Positions 24,962-33,839 of a stretch of DNA of 64,000 nucleotides are shown one piece after another; position 1 is the stretch's first letter, and each line of letters begins with the position of its first letter. A program made the position numbers and the translations under genes. The stretch covers positions 778,749-842,748 of the forward strand of contig CAWCIV010000001.1 of NCBI GenBank assembly GCA_963795805.1, in the 5' to 3' direction. The notes below the pieces were generated by a model. It was not told where the DNA came from. It worked only from the letters and a program-made list of their open reading frames with translations, and made no database searches. Source of the DNA: an uncultured Chloroflexia bacterium (GTDB lineage: Bacteria > Chloroflexota > Dormibacteria > CF-121).

Positions 24962-25306
24962 GTGATCTGGCAAATTGGCGTGCTGCTGGTCGGAATCGGG
25001 ATTTTGCTGGCGAGCCTCTTTCTCGGCTTTATTCTCTTGAACCTAACGCGGAGCCTTCGGACGATCGAGGCAATCCTGAGTGTGACCCTCGACGAGGCCC
25101 GCCTGGCGCTCCCGGAGCTCCGACACAGCTTGCAGCAGATCGATGACATGGTCAGCGGTGTGAACGACAAGTTCACGGCGGCCGACCGAGCGATGAGCGC
25201 CACCGGCGCGGCTATCACCGGATTTCGGGAACGGATCCGGCATCGACTTGACGGCCTGGGCCGCCGCTCGGGTGCCGCTGCCAGCCAGGATCAGGAGGCC
25301 AGGTGA
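24962..25306 (+). CDS. DUF948 (YtxG-like) general stress membrane protein
   Basis: N-terminal TM followed by a coiled-coil; GGAGG SD. Confidence 0.65.
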   Translation: MIWQIGVLLVGIGILLASLFLGFILLNLTRSLRTIEAILSVTLDEARLALPELRHSLQQIDDMVSGVNDKFTAADRAMSATGAAITGFRERIRHRLDGLGRRSGAAASQDQEAR

Positions 25307-25794
25307 AAGAGAGCCGACCTCGAAGTCACAGCCCCGCCTCGCTGAAGGCGGCTACCGGTGCGGCCTACCTCACTGAGCTCAAGCTGCCTGCCGTCCCCGA
25401 GTACATCGTCGTAGCCAAACGGGCCGCGGCCTCGCTGGGCCTCGTCGTCGGGTTTTCGCTGCACGAGATCGACGACCTCAATATTGCGATCACCCAGGCC
25501 TGCGAGAACGCCTGCGCCGCCGCCACCCAGCAGTGGGGGAAGGGAAACGGCCAGCTGAAGCTCACCTTCAAGAGCGAGCCCCGGCGGATCGAGGTCGAGG
25601 TTCGCAGCGTGCCACCCAGGGCGGTCGAGATGCAGGCCCTGCAGGCCGTCCGGCGGGCGCGGCAGGAAGCCGAGCTCGACTATGAAACGATTGGACTGAA
25701 TATGATCCGGCTGTTCGTGGATGAGTTGCGGTATCACGTAGACAACCAGACGGGCAGCATGCGGATGAGGATGGTCAAATACCTGATCGAGTAG
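25303..25794 (+). CDS. RsbW/SpoIIAB-like anti-sigma factor with degenerate kinase motifs
   Basis: ELKLPAVPEYI.V...AA..G...GFS..EIDDL.IAI.QAC.NA and GL.MIR.FVDE pattern of HATPase_c_2 anti-sigmas; directly upstream of a SigB-like sigma factor. Confidence 0.85.
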   Translation: MKESRPRSHSPASLKAATGAAYLTELKLPAVPEYIVVAKRAAASLGLVVGFSLHEIDDLNIAITQACENACAAATQQWGKGNGQLKLTFKSEPRRIEVEVRSVPPRAVEMQALQAVRRARQEAELDYETIGLNMIRLFVDELRYHVDNQTGSMRMRMVKYLIE

Positions 25795-26570
25795 ACGCTC
25801 CGGCCGCGCGCCAATCCTCCGTCCGACCGAACCGAGAACTCGTCCGGCGGCTGTTCCTGAAATACCAGAAGACGAAGGATCCACAGGTCCGGCAGCAGCT
25901 TGTCGAGCTGTTCAACAACCTTGTGGTCTTCCTCGCCAAGAAGTTCAGCAACCGGGGCGAGCCGCTGGAGGATATCGTCCAGGTCGGCTATATCGGGTTG
26001 CTCCAGGCAATCGAGCGATTCGAGCCCCAGCGAGGCCTCGAGTTCTCAACCTTTGCCACCCCGACAATCGTTGGCGAGATCAAACGGTATTTCCGGGACA
26101 AGAGCTGGGCCGTCAAGGTGCCGCGCCGCCTCCAGGAGACGATGCAGCGCGCCGATCTGGCCCAGCAGCGGCTCCAGGCCAGGCTGGGCCGGCAACCCTC
26201 CGTCAATGAGATCGCCAAGGAGCTCGAGCTCGAACCCGAGGATGTGTTGGCGGCGATGGAGGCCAGCCCGGCTCAGCGGACCATCCCATTCGAGTCGACC
26301 GGTCCCGCCGCCAGGGAGGAGGACGGGCTCCAGCTCACCGAGCGCCTCGGCCGGGAGGATGAGAACCTCGACAAGGTCGAGCTCCAGGACCTCCTCGACC
26401 AGGCGATGCGCCATCTGAGCCCGCGCGAGCGGCGGATCATGTACCTGCGTTTCGTGGACGAACTGCCCCAGGCGGAGGTCGCGAAGCGGCTCGGCATCTC
26501 CCAGATGCACGTCTCCCGGCTCCAGCGCGCCGCGGTCGAACACCTGAAGCGGGAGTTGCCGGTCGGCTAA
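25791..26570 (+). CDS. SigB/SigF/SigG-family RNA polymerase sigma factor (start codon non-canonical or uncertain)
   Basis: EDIVQVGYIGLLQAIERFEP.RG.EFSTFATPTIVGEIKRYFRD.SW.VKVPRRL and region 4 Q.EVA.RLGISQMHVSRL. The frame is open upstream of GTG 25923 (RELVRRLFLKYQKTKDPQVRQQLVELFNNL) with no ATG/GTG/TTG. Confidence 0.92.
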   Translation, partial: VDAPAARQSSVRPNRELVRRLFLKYQKTKDPQVRQQLVELFNNLVVFLAKKFSNRGEPLEDIVQVGYIGLLQAIERFEPQRGLEFSTFATPTIVGEIKRYFRDKSWAVKVPRRLQETMQRADLAQQRLQARLGRQPSVNEIAKELELEPEDVLAAMEASPAQRTIPFESTGPAAREEDGLQLTERLGREDENLDKVELQDLLDQAMRHLSPRERRIMYLRFVDELPQAEVAKRLGISQMHVSRLQRAAVEHLKRELPVG

Positions 26571-26603
26571 TCTCGCTAGAATCAAGCAGGCGCGCAGCCA
26601 CAT

Positions 26604-29153
26604 ATGACCAGCGCCGAGATCCGCCAGCGTTTTCTCAACTTCTTCAAAGAGCGGGACCACAAGGTGTTGCCGAGCTCCTCCCTGATCCCGTTCGGCGATC
26701 CTACCCTCCTGCTTACCAGCGCCGGGATGGTGCAGTTCAAACCCTACTTCCTTGGGCAGGCGCGGCCGCCCCAGCCACGGGCCGTCACCTCCCAGAAGGT
26801 CTTTCGAACGGTGGACGTCGAAGTGGTCGGGCATGACGGCCATCACCTGACCTTTTTCGAGATGCTGGGGAACTTCTCCTTTGGCGACTATTTCAAGGAG
26901 AAGGCGATCCCGTACGCCTACCAATTCCTGACGGACGAGCTCGGGCTCGAGCCGGCGCGGCTCTGGGCCGGTATTCACAACGACGACGACGAGAGTTACC
27001 AGATCTGGACGACCAGCACCCCGATGCCGCCGGAGCGTATCCGGCGCTTCGGTGACGACTACAACTTCTGGGCAGCAGGCCCGACCGGGCCCTGCGGTCC
27101 GGACTCCGAGATCCACTACGACTGGGGTGCGGAGTACAGCTGCGGCCGGCCGGACTGCGGGCCAAACTGTGAGCACTGCGATCGCTTCCTCGAGATCTGG
27201 AACCTGGTCTTCATGCAGTGGGACCGCGATCAGGCCGGGAACCGAACGCCCCTCGAGAGGAAGGGGATCGACACCGGCATGGGCCTGGAGCGCATCACGG
27301 CCGTCGTCAACCTGGAGCGTAAGGGCGTCTTCGAAACCGACCTGCTCCGGCCTTTGATCTCCCACTGGGAAGAGCTGACCGGTCAGCCCTATCAATCGGA
27401 CGAGCGCGTTGACGTCTCCCTCCGGGTGCTGGCCGACCACAGTCGCGGCGCCACCATGCTGCTCGCCGATGGCGTCGCCCCCTCCAACGAGGGGAGAGGC
27501 TACGTGCTCCGCCGGCTGATTCGGCGCGCCATGGTGCATGCCCGCCGAATCGGAGCGCGGGAGGGGCTCTCGTCCAGCGTCCCGGCGGTGTCGGAGATCC
27601 TCGGCGGGATCTACCCCGAACTCGCGACCAATGTCCAGCAGATCAGCGAAACCTTACGAGGCGAGGAGGAGCGCTTTGCGATCGCGCTTCGCCAGGGAAT
27701 GGAACGGCTCGAGGGGCTGATCGAGCGGAACGCCCTGAGTCCACAAGAGGTGTTCTTCCTTCACGACACGCTTGGTTTTCCGATCGAGCTCAGCGTCGAA
27801 CTCGCCCAGGAACGGGGGATCAGGATCGATACGGCCCAGGTCGAGGCCCTGATGGAAGGCCAGCGGGCGAAGAGCCGGACATCGTCAGGGAGCTTCACGG
27901 GGCCGGTGAGCCGGACCGCGAGCCGCTTCGTCGGCTACGAGCAACTCGAGGCGGAGGCCAGGGTGGTCGACAGCTTCGAGGTCCCGGGCCATGGCGATCA
28001 GGGCGACGTCTTTCTGGACGTCACGCCCTTTTACGCCGAGAAGGGTGGCCAGATCTTCGACACCGGCCGGCTCGTATGGGACGGCGGCAGTGGCGAGGTG
28101 ATCGATGTCCAGCAGCAGGCCGAGGCGATCAGACACCGGCTGCGCGGCGCCAGGCGTCCGCAGGTCGGGACCCGTGTCCGGGCCATCGTCGATCCAGCGC
28201 GCCGCGCTGCCGTGGCTCGCCACCATTCCGCCACCCACCTGCTGCACCGGGCGCTCCGGGACGTGCTCGGGGAGGGTGCCGCGCAGGCGGGCTCGGCGGT
28301 GCTGCCGGATCGGGCCACCTTCGACTTCCGGTTTCCCCGCGCCCTCGAGCCGGTGGAGTTGGCGCGGGTCTCGCGCCTGCTCAATGAAAAGGTCCGAGCC
28401 AACCTGGAACGACGGGTCGAGGAACTCCCACTGCAGGCGGCGATCGAGAGCGGCGCGGTAGCGCTCTTCGATGAGAAATACGGCGAAACCGTCCGCGTGG
28501 TCTCATTCGGGACCTGGGCGCGAGAGCTCTGTGGGGGGACCCATGTGACGCGCAGCGGCGAGGTCGGATTCGTCCTGCTTGGCTCCGATCGGAGCGTCGC
28601 GGCGGGTGTGCGGCGCATCGAGCTGCAGGCCGGCGAGGCGGCCGAGGTCGCCGTGCAAGCGCGTGATCGTACCCTGGCCCAACTAAGCGAGGCCCTTCGG
28701 GCCGGCGTCCTTGAGCTCCCGGCGCGGGTGGAGAGCCTCCAGGCCGAGCTGAAACGGCTCCTGAAGGAGATCGCGCAGCTCAGGCAGCGCCTCGCCGCCG
28801 GCGGGGAGGCTCAGGTGGAAAAGGCGGAGGTCAGCGGCGTGACGTTGGTGCTGCAGCGGGTCGACGCGACCCCGCCGGAGCTGCTCGCCGTTGCGGACCA
28901 CGTGCTCAATGGCGCCAATGGCAACACGGTCGCCATCGTCGTCGGTGGGCGCAGCGTCGCCGTCAAGGTCGCCGCCCCGCTGGCGGACCGACTGCCGGCC
29001 GGTGCCCTCGTGCAGGCGTTCCAGGCGGTGGCGGGCGGGAAGGGAGGCGGACGTGGCCAGGTGGGCCAGGGTGGCGGGATCGACCCGGCTCGCGTCGACG
29101 ACGCCTTCCGCGGCGTCCAGGATTTCGTCCGCAAGCAACTAAAGGGACCATGA
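26604..29153 (+). CDS. alaS: Alanine-tRNA ligase
   Basis: DPTLL.TSAGMVQFK, HLTFFEMLGNFSFGDYFK, GPCGP.SEI, HSATHLL, ELCGGTHV, GKGGG. Confidence 0.98.
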   Translation: MTSAEIRQRFLNFFKERDHKVLPSSSLIPFGDPTLLLTSAGMVQFKPYFLGQARPPQPRAVTSQKVFRTVDVEVVGHDGHHLTFFEMLGNFSFGDYFKEKAIPYAYQFLTDELGLEPARLWAGIHNDDDESYQIWTTSTPMPPERIRRFGDDYNFWAAGPTGPCGPDSEIHYDWGAEYSCGRPDCGPNCEHCDRFLEIWNLVFMQWDRDQAGNRTPLERKGIDTGMGLERITAVVNLERKGVFETDLLRPLISHWEELTGQPYQSDERVDVSLRVLADHSRGATMLLADGVAPSNEGRGYVLRRLIRRAMVHARRIGAREGLSSSVPAVSEILGGIYPELATNVQQISETLRGEEERFAIALRQGMERLEGLIERNALSPQEVFFLHDTLGFPIELSVELAQERGIRIDTAQVEALMEGQRAKSRTSSGSFTGPVSRTASRFVGYEQLEAEARVVDSFEVPGHGDQGDVFLDVTPFYAEKGGQIFDTGRLVWDGGSGEVIDVQQQAEAIRHRLRGARRPQVGTRVRAIVDPARRAAVARHHSATHLLHRALRDVLGEGAAQAGSAVLPDRATFDFRFPRALEPVELARVSRLLNEKVRANLERRVEELPLQAAIESGAVALFDEKYGETVRVVSFGTWARELCGGTHVTRSGEVGFVLLGSDRSVAAGVRRIELQAGEAAEVAVQARDRTLAQLSEALRAGVLELPARVESLQAELKRLLKEIAQLRQRLAAGGEAQVEKAEVSGVTLVLQRVDATPPELLAVADHVLNGANGNTVAIVVGGRSVAVKVAAPLADRLPAGALVQAFQAVAGGKGGGRGQVGQGGGIDPARVDDAFRGVQDFVRKQLKGP

Positions 29154-30424
29154 AGCTCAAACTCAGAGACCGTCTCAAACGGCTGCGGCGCGGAGCGGAC
29201 TACGAAAACTTCTACACGGCTCTTGATATCGGAACCGAGTACATCAAGGCCCTGGTCGTCAAGCGCGAGGGCAAGAACGGCGTCGTGCTCGGTGCCTCAC
29301 GACAACGCCAGGTCTTTTCGGACATGCAGTCAGGGGTGCCGTCTGACATCCAGGGCATCATCGACAGCTGCGACCGGGCGATGTCGGCGGCGGAGGACAT
29401 GTGCGACACGATCCCGGGCCAGGCTGTGATCGGCATCGCCGGCGAGCAGGTGAAGGGCTTCAGCACCTCGGTGACGGTACCGCGTGCCGACCCGGATCTC
29501 AAGGTGAACGAAACCGAATTGCTTCGCACCCTTGAGATCGTCCAGAAACGGGCCCTTCGCGAGGCTCGCCACTCCATGAGCCTCGAGCTTGGCGTGCCCG
29601 ACGTCAACGTCAAGCTGATCAACTCCGCGGTCACGAATGTCAAGATCGACGGCTTTGCGGTCAGCAATCCGTTTGGGTTCCAGGGCCGCCAGATGGTGAT
29701 CACCGTCTTCAACACCTTTGCGCCCCTCACCCATGTTGGTGCGCTCCAGACGATCGCGGCTGAGCTGGACCTCGAGTTGATCGCGACGGTGGCCGAACCG
29801 TACGCCATGGCGCGATGTGCCGCGACCGACGAGGTATACGACGCCGGCGGCATCTTCATCGACATCGGCGGGGGCACCACCGATGTGGCGCTGGTGCGCA
29901 ACGGCGGCATCGAAGGGACCCGAATGTTCCCGATCGGCGGCCGCGTCTTCACCAAGAAGCTTGCCTCCCGGTTTGGCATCTCGTTTGCCGACGCGGAGGC
30001 GGTCAAGCTCCGGCATTCCAAGAACGAGTTACCTTCCGCGCATGCCGAGCGCGTGCATGCCGTCCTGAACCGAGACGCGGAGGTGCTGGTCGAGGGGGTG
30101 GCGATCACGCTGCAGGAGATGGCTCAAGGGGATCGGCTGCCCACCGCGATCTACCTGGCCGGCGGTGGCAGCGCCCTTCCGGAGGTACGCGACCAACTGG
30201 AAGCGTTCCCCTGGGCCGACAAGCTGCCCTTCGCTCGCAAGCCGGCGGTTCACGTGCTCCGGCCGGTCGACATCCGTGGAATCTATGACTCGACTGGTTT
30301 GCTCCTTGACCAACAGGACATCACGCCAATGGGCCTGGCGTTTCATGCGATCCAGCATCAGTCGGAGGAGCAGGCGCCTCTATTCGGGCTGATGCGAAGA
30401 GTACTCAAAGTGATGAAGGTATGA
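29150..30424 (+). CDS. FtsA-like actin-superfamily ATPase (outside the dcw cluster)
   Basis: Phosphate-1 ALDIGTEYIK, connect AEPYA, phosphate-2 IDIGGGTTD, adenosine LAGGGS.L; amphipathic C-terminus LFGLMRRVLKVMKV. Confidence 0.85.
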   Translation: MKLKLRDRLKRLRRGADYENFYTALDIGTEYIKALVVKREGKNGVVLGASRQRQVFSDMQSGVPSDIQGIIDSCDRAMSAAEDMCDTIPGQAVIGIAGEQVKGFSTSVTVPRADPDLKVNETELLRTLEIVQKRALREARHSMSLELGVPDVNVKLINSAVTNVKIDGFAVSNPFGFQGRQMVITVFNTFAPLTHVGALQTIAAELDLELIATVAEPYAMARCAATDEVYDAGGIFIDIGGGTTDVALVRNGGIEGTRMFPIGGRVFTKKLASRFGISFADAEAVKLRHSKNELPSAHAERVHAVLNRDAEVLVEGVAITLQEMAQGDRLPTAIYLAGGGSALPEVRDQLEAFPWADKLPFARKPAVHVLRPVDIRGIYDSTGLLLDQQDITPMGLAFHAIQHQSEEQAPLFGLMRRVLKVMKV

Positions 30425-30499
30425 GCACGACGAAACCTGACACCGTAACGACTGGACAATCGGTGACGTTTCCGGTATGACAGGCTGCGACCAAAGAGG

Positions 30500-32072
30500 A
30501 TGAAGACACTGGCCAAGCTGCTGTACGTCGAGGCGGACGAGGAGATCACGGACCTCGTCGACCGGCTTCGGGACCTCAGTCTCGAGGATGCGGTCACGTT
30601 CGTCGTGCCCGAACGCTCACGCGCCCTTCAAAGCCCGATGAGCTTCAGACTGCTCAAGCGGTATGCCGACAGCTACGGCAAGCACGTCAACGTGATCAGC
30701 GGCGACGCGCGGCTGCAGGCCCTCTCATTGGAAACCGGATTTTCGGCCTATCCAAGCCTGCTCGCCTACGACAGCGGGGCCGAGGTTCACCGGGCTGGAG
30801 GCCTAGAGGCCGAGACCACGCCGGCGATTGCGGCGGCGGGCCCGGTGGCCGCCCCGGCACGGCGTCGGGAAGCCCCGGTTGTTTCCGGTCCCCCGAAGCG
30901 TCCGGCACCGGCCGCGATCAAGGCAAGCCCCCCGTCGTTTCGCAATTACCGGCCCTACCTGATCGGGGCCGCCATCATCGGCGTCCTGGCATTGCTGGCG
31001 CTCGTGCTCTATGTTCCGACGGCGACCGCCACACTCTCCGTCCGAGGAACGCCCGTGGCGACCGAGGTTCAACTGATCGGCGCGCCAGGCACAGCCATTG
31101 GTTCGACGGATCACTTCACGACCCAGGCGCTCCACTCGAGCCAGTCGCAAACAGTCCAGGGGACCGCCACCGGGCAAAAACAAATCGCCGCCGTGGCGGC
31201 AACCGGCCGAGTGACCTTCACGCTGAGCTGCTTCCTGTGCACGGATAACCTGCCCAAGGGCCTTGTCGTTCGGACTGACGGGGGTAAGCGCTACGCGACG
31301 ACGCAGAAGGCAAGCATGACCGGACCCTTCGGTACGACGACCGTTCCGGTAAGCGCTGTGACCGCCGGGGCTGATGGAAATACCGACCCGCACACCATCA
31401 CAACAATCGAGGGCAACACGGATCCCGACAACTTGAAAGTTGACAATCCTCAGGCGACCACAGGTGGCGCCGACGCGCGCACCGCGACACTCGTCCAGCA
31501 GTCCGATATCGACAGCGTCGGAGCGGCGTTATGCGAAGGACGCGCTCCCGAAGGTCCAGGCGGACTTGACGACAAAGGCCGCCGGTCTCCACATGGTTCC
31601 CGTTGGGAACGGTGTCCAGACCACGGTCACCGCGGACCGCAAGGTGGGTGACGAGTTGCAAGCCCCGTTCAACTTCAACGTCACGGTCGCCGTGGCGGGC
31701 GATGCCGTCGCCTTCGACGAGAAGGCGGTCAAGGCTCTGCTGCAGAGTGCAATCGCGCATAAGATCCCGCCGGGATCGCAGTTGACCAACAATCCGAAAC
31801 TCACGTACGACCCGGTCAACCCCACCAGCGACGGAAATATCACGCTGAACGGCCATGCCGTCGGCAGCTACACCCCGGTCTTCATCGAGGCCAATATCCG
31901 CAGCAACCTGAAAGGCAAAACGCCATCGAGCGCCCATGTGTTCCTGCAATCCTTGCCAAACGTTGTGGACGCCCGAGTCACCCAGGCTCCCTTTGGACTG
32001 CCCTGGCTGCCCCTCTTCTCCTCGCGTATCACGCTGAAGATCCAGGAGGCCACGGGCAGCCCGAGTCCGTGA
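30500..32072 (+). CDS. Bitopic membrane protein with an extracellular baseplate-J/gp47-like domain (frameshifted near 31525)
   Basis: Cytoplasmic alpha/beta N-domain, Pro-rich linker, TM (YLIGAAIIGVLALLALVLYV), then ATG.VTF...LPKG.VV.T..G..YAT...VPV.A...GA.GN.....IT....V.N....TGG, resembling baseplate J. Joined from ORFs 30500..31651 and 31440..32072. The start may be CTG 30509. Confidence 0.75.
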
Positions 32073-32518
32073 GGATCCTCGCGATCGACCCCGGCACACG
32101 CCGCCTGGGTCTCGCGCTGAGTGATCCGTCGGGAACCGTCGCGCTTCCGCTTCGGGTGCTGACGCGGCGGTCGCAGCCGGAAGATCTCAAGGAACTCGCC
32201 GGGATCGTCAGGGAGCAGGGCGTGGAATTGGTCCTGGTCGGTCTGCCGCGGATGATGGACGGATCGATCGACGTGGCGGCCAGGAACGCACAGGCATTCG
32301 GGGCGGAGGTCGGGAAGGCAGCCGGGGTCCCGGTCGAATTCTGGGACGAGCGGCTGACCACGGTTGCCGCCGAACGCTTTCTGATCGAGCAGGGCAAACG
32401 ACGGTCGCAGCGGCGCCAGGATGTGGACCGGGTGGCGGCCACGCTATTGTTGCAGGGTTACCTCGACTATCGAGGTAGCCGAGGTTCAGGAGGCTCAGAT
32501 GCCGGACTTACCAGATAA
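32069..32518 (+). CDS. ruvX: Putative pre-16S rRNA nuclease RuvX/YqgF
   Basis: MRILAIDPG.RR.GLALSD, VGLP, WDERLTT, D.VAA..LLQGYL. Confidence 0.95.
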   Translation: MRILAIDPGTRRLGLALSDPSGTVALPLRVLTRRSQPEDLKELAGIVREQGVELVLVGLPRMMDGSIDVAARNAQAFGAEVGKAAGVPVEFWDERLTTVAAERFLIEQGKRRSQRRQDVDRVAATLLLQGYLDYRGSRGSGGSDAGLTR

Positions 32519-32783
32519 CGACGGCGAGAACCAGACCATCGAGCTGGTCAATGAGAAGACCGGGGAGGAAGAGAGCTACGTCGTTCACGACGTCGCGAAG
32601 ATCGAAGGCGAGACCTACTACGTATTGCAGGCGGAGGCCGACGAGGATCGCGTCCTGATCTTGCGCCGCGAGGGCGAATCGCTGGTCACGCTCGACGATG
32701 AAGAGCACGACCGCGTACTCGAGCAGCTTGAGGAATTCGAAGAGAGCGAAGCCGACGACGAGAACGGCGAGGTGGACCGCTAA
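32499..32783 (+). CDS. DUF1292 family acidic protein
   Basis: AGGAGG SD, ATG 32499; acidic, I.L.NE.GEE..Y...Y..L pattern; conserved ruvX-DUF1292-mltG context. Confidence 0.8.
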   Translation: MPDLPDNDGENQTIELVNEKTGEEESYVVHDVAKIEGETYYVLQAEADEDRVLILRREGESLVTLDDEEHDRVLEQLEEFEESEADDENGEVDR

Positions 32784-33839
32784 CTGGGCGTCAGTGGCCG
32801 GCCGCAGCCGTCGCGCAAGCGCGGCTGCCTGCCGTGGGTCCTGGTCGTCCTGTTCTTCATTCCAGCGGTGATTGGCATCCCTGGGGTGCTCGGCTACAAC
32901 TGGGTCCAGCACCAACTCCACAGCCCCGCGAATCCGGGCGGCGGAACGGTTCGGATCGTCGTCGCGCCAGGCGCCACTTTTCACGAGGTCGCCGACACCC
33001 TCCACCGCGCCGGGCTGGTCGATTCGACACTGGTCTTCGACCTGTATGCGCGGTATCGGCATCTCGACCGCAATATCCAAGCGGGCGCCTATCAGCTGGA
33101 CCGCAACAAGGACATGGTCCAGATCCTTCAGGCGCTTCAGACGGCGATCCCCGAGGAGCTCTTCGTCACGATCCCCGAGGGGTACACCATCAAGAAGACG
33201 GCGGCGATGCTGGACAAGGGCACCCTGATCAAGGGGGCCGACTATCTCAAGGTTGCCCAGCAGGGCCAGTTCAGCTATGACTTCCTCAGCGGGCGGCCCG
33301 CGGGCTCATCGCTCGAGGGCTTTCTTTTCCCCGACACCTATCTCGTGCCCCGAACCACGACCGCCACGCAACTGATCACCCTCCAGCTGGATGCCTTCAA
33401 GAAATTGTGGGACGCCAGCCGCAAGGACCTGGCTGCGCAGCGAAAGCTGACGCCGTTGCAGGTGGTGACGATCGCCTCGATGATCGAGCGTGAGGCCCTC
33501 TTCGATGAGGATCGGCCAGTGGTCGCGAGCGTGATCTACAACCGGCTGGCCGCAGGTTGGCCGCTGCAGATCGATGCCACTGTGCTCTACGCCAAGGGAG
33601 TCTGGCAATCGACGGTCACGCTCGATGACCTCAAGATCCAGTCTCCTTACAACACCTACCTGCATACGGGATTACCCCCCGGGCCGATCGCCAATCCAGG
33701 CCTGAAGGCGATCGACGCCGCCCTCAAGCCATCCCAGACCGGCTACTTCTTCTACCTGTCCGACTCGAAAGGTCACAACCATTACGCGAAAACCAACGAC
33801 GAATTCAATCAGCTCAAGAAGCAGTACGGGCTCGGCTAA
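32784..33839 (+). CDS. mltG: Endolytic transglycosylase MltG (CTG start proposed)
   Basis: TIPEG, LEGFLFPDTY, IASMIERE, ASVIYNRL, LQIDAT, SPYNTY...GLPPGPI.NPG. The N-terminal TM helix is complete only from CTG 32784. Confidence 0.93.
   Translation: MGVSGRPQPSRKRGCLPWVLVVLFFIPAVIGIPGVLGYNWVQHQLHSPANPGGGTVRIVVAPGATFHEVADTLHRAGLVDSTLVFDLYARYRHLDRNIQAGAYQLDRNKDMVQILQALQTAIPEELFVTIPEGYTIKKTAAMLDKGTLIKGADYLKVAQQGQFSYDFLSGRPAGSSLEGFLFPDTYLVPRTTTATQLITLQLDAFKKLWDASRKDLAAQRKLTPLQVVTIASMIEREALFDEDRPVVASVIYNRLAAGWPLQIDATVLYAKGVWQSTVTLDDLKIQSPYNTYLHTGLPPGPIANPGLKAIDAALKPSQTGYFFYLSDSKGHNHYAKTNDEFNQLKKQYGLG

Noticed and set aside
30500-32072. Prophage or contractile injection system remnant
   Set aside because: There is only one baseplate-like gene, it is membrane-anchored and overlaps a core gene, and no sheath, tube, integrase or att repeats are present.
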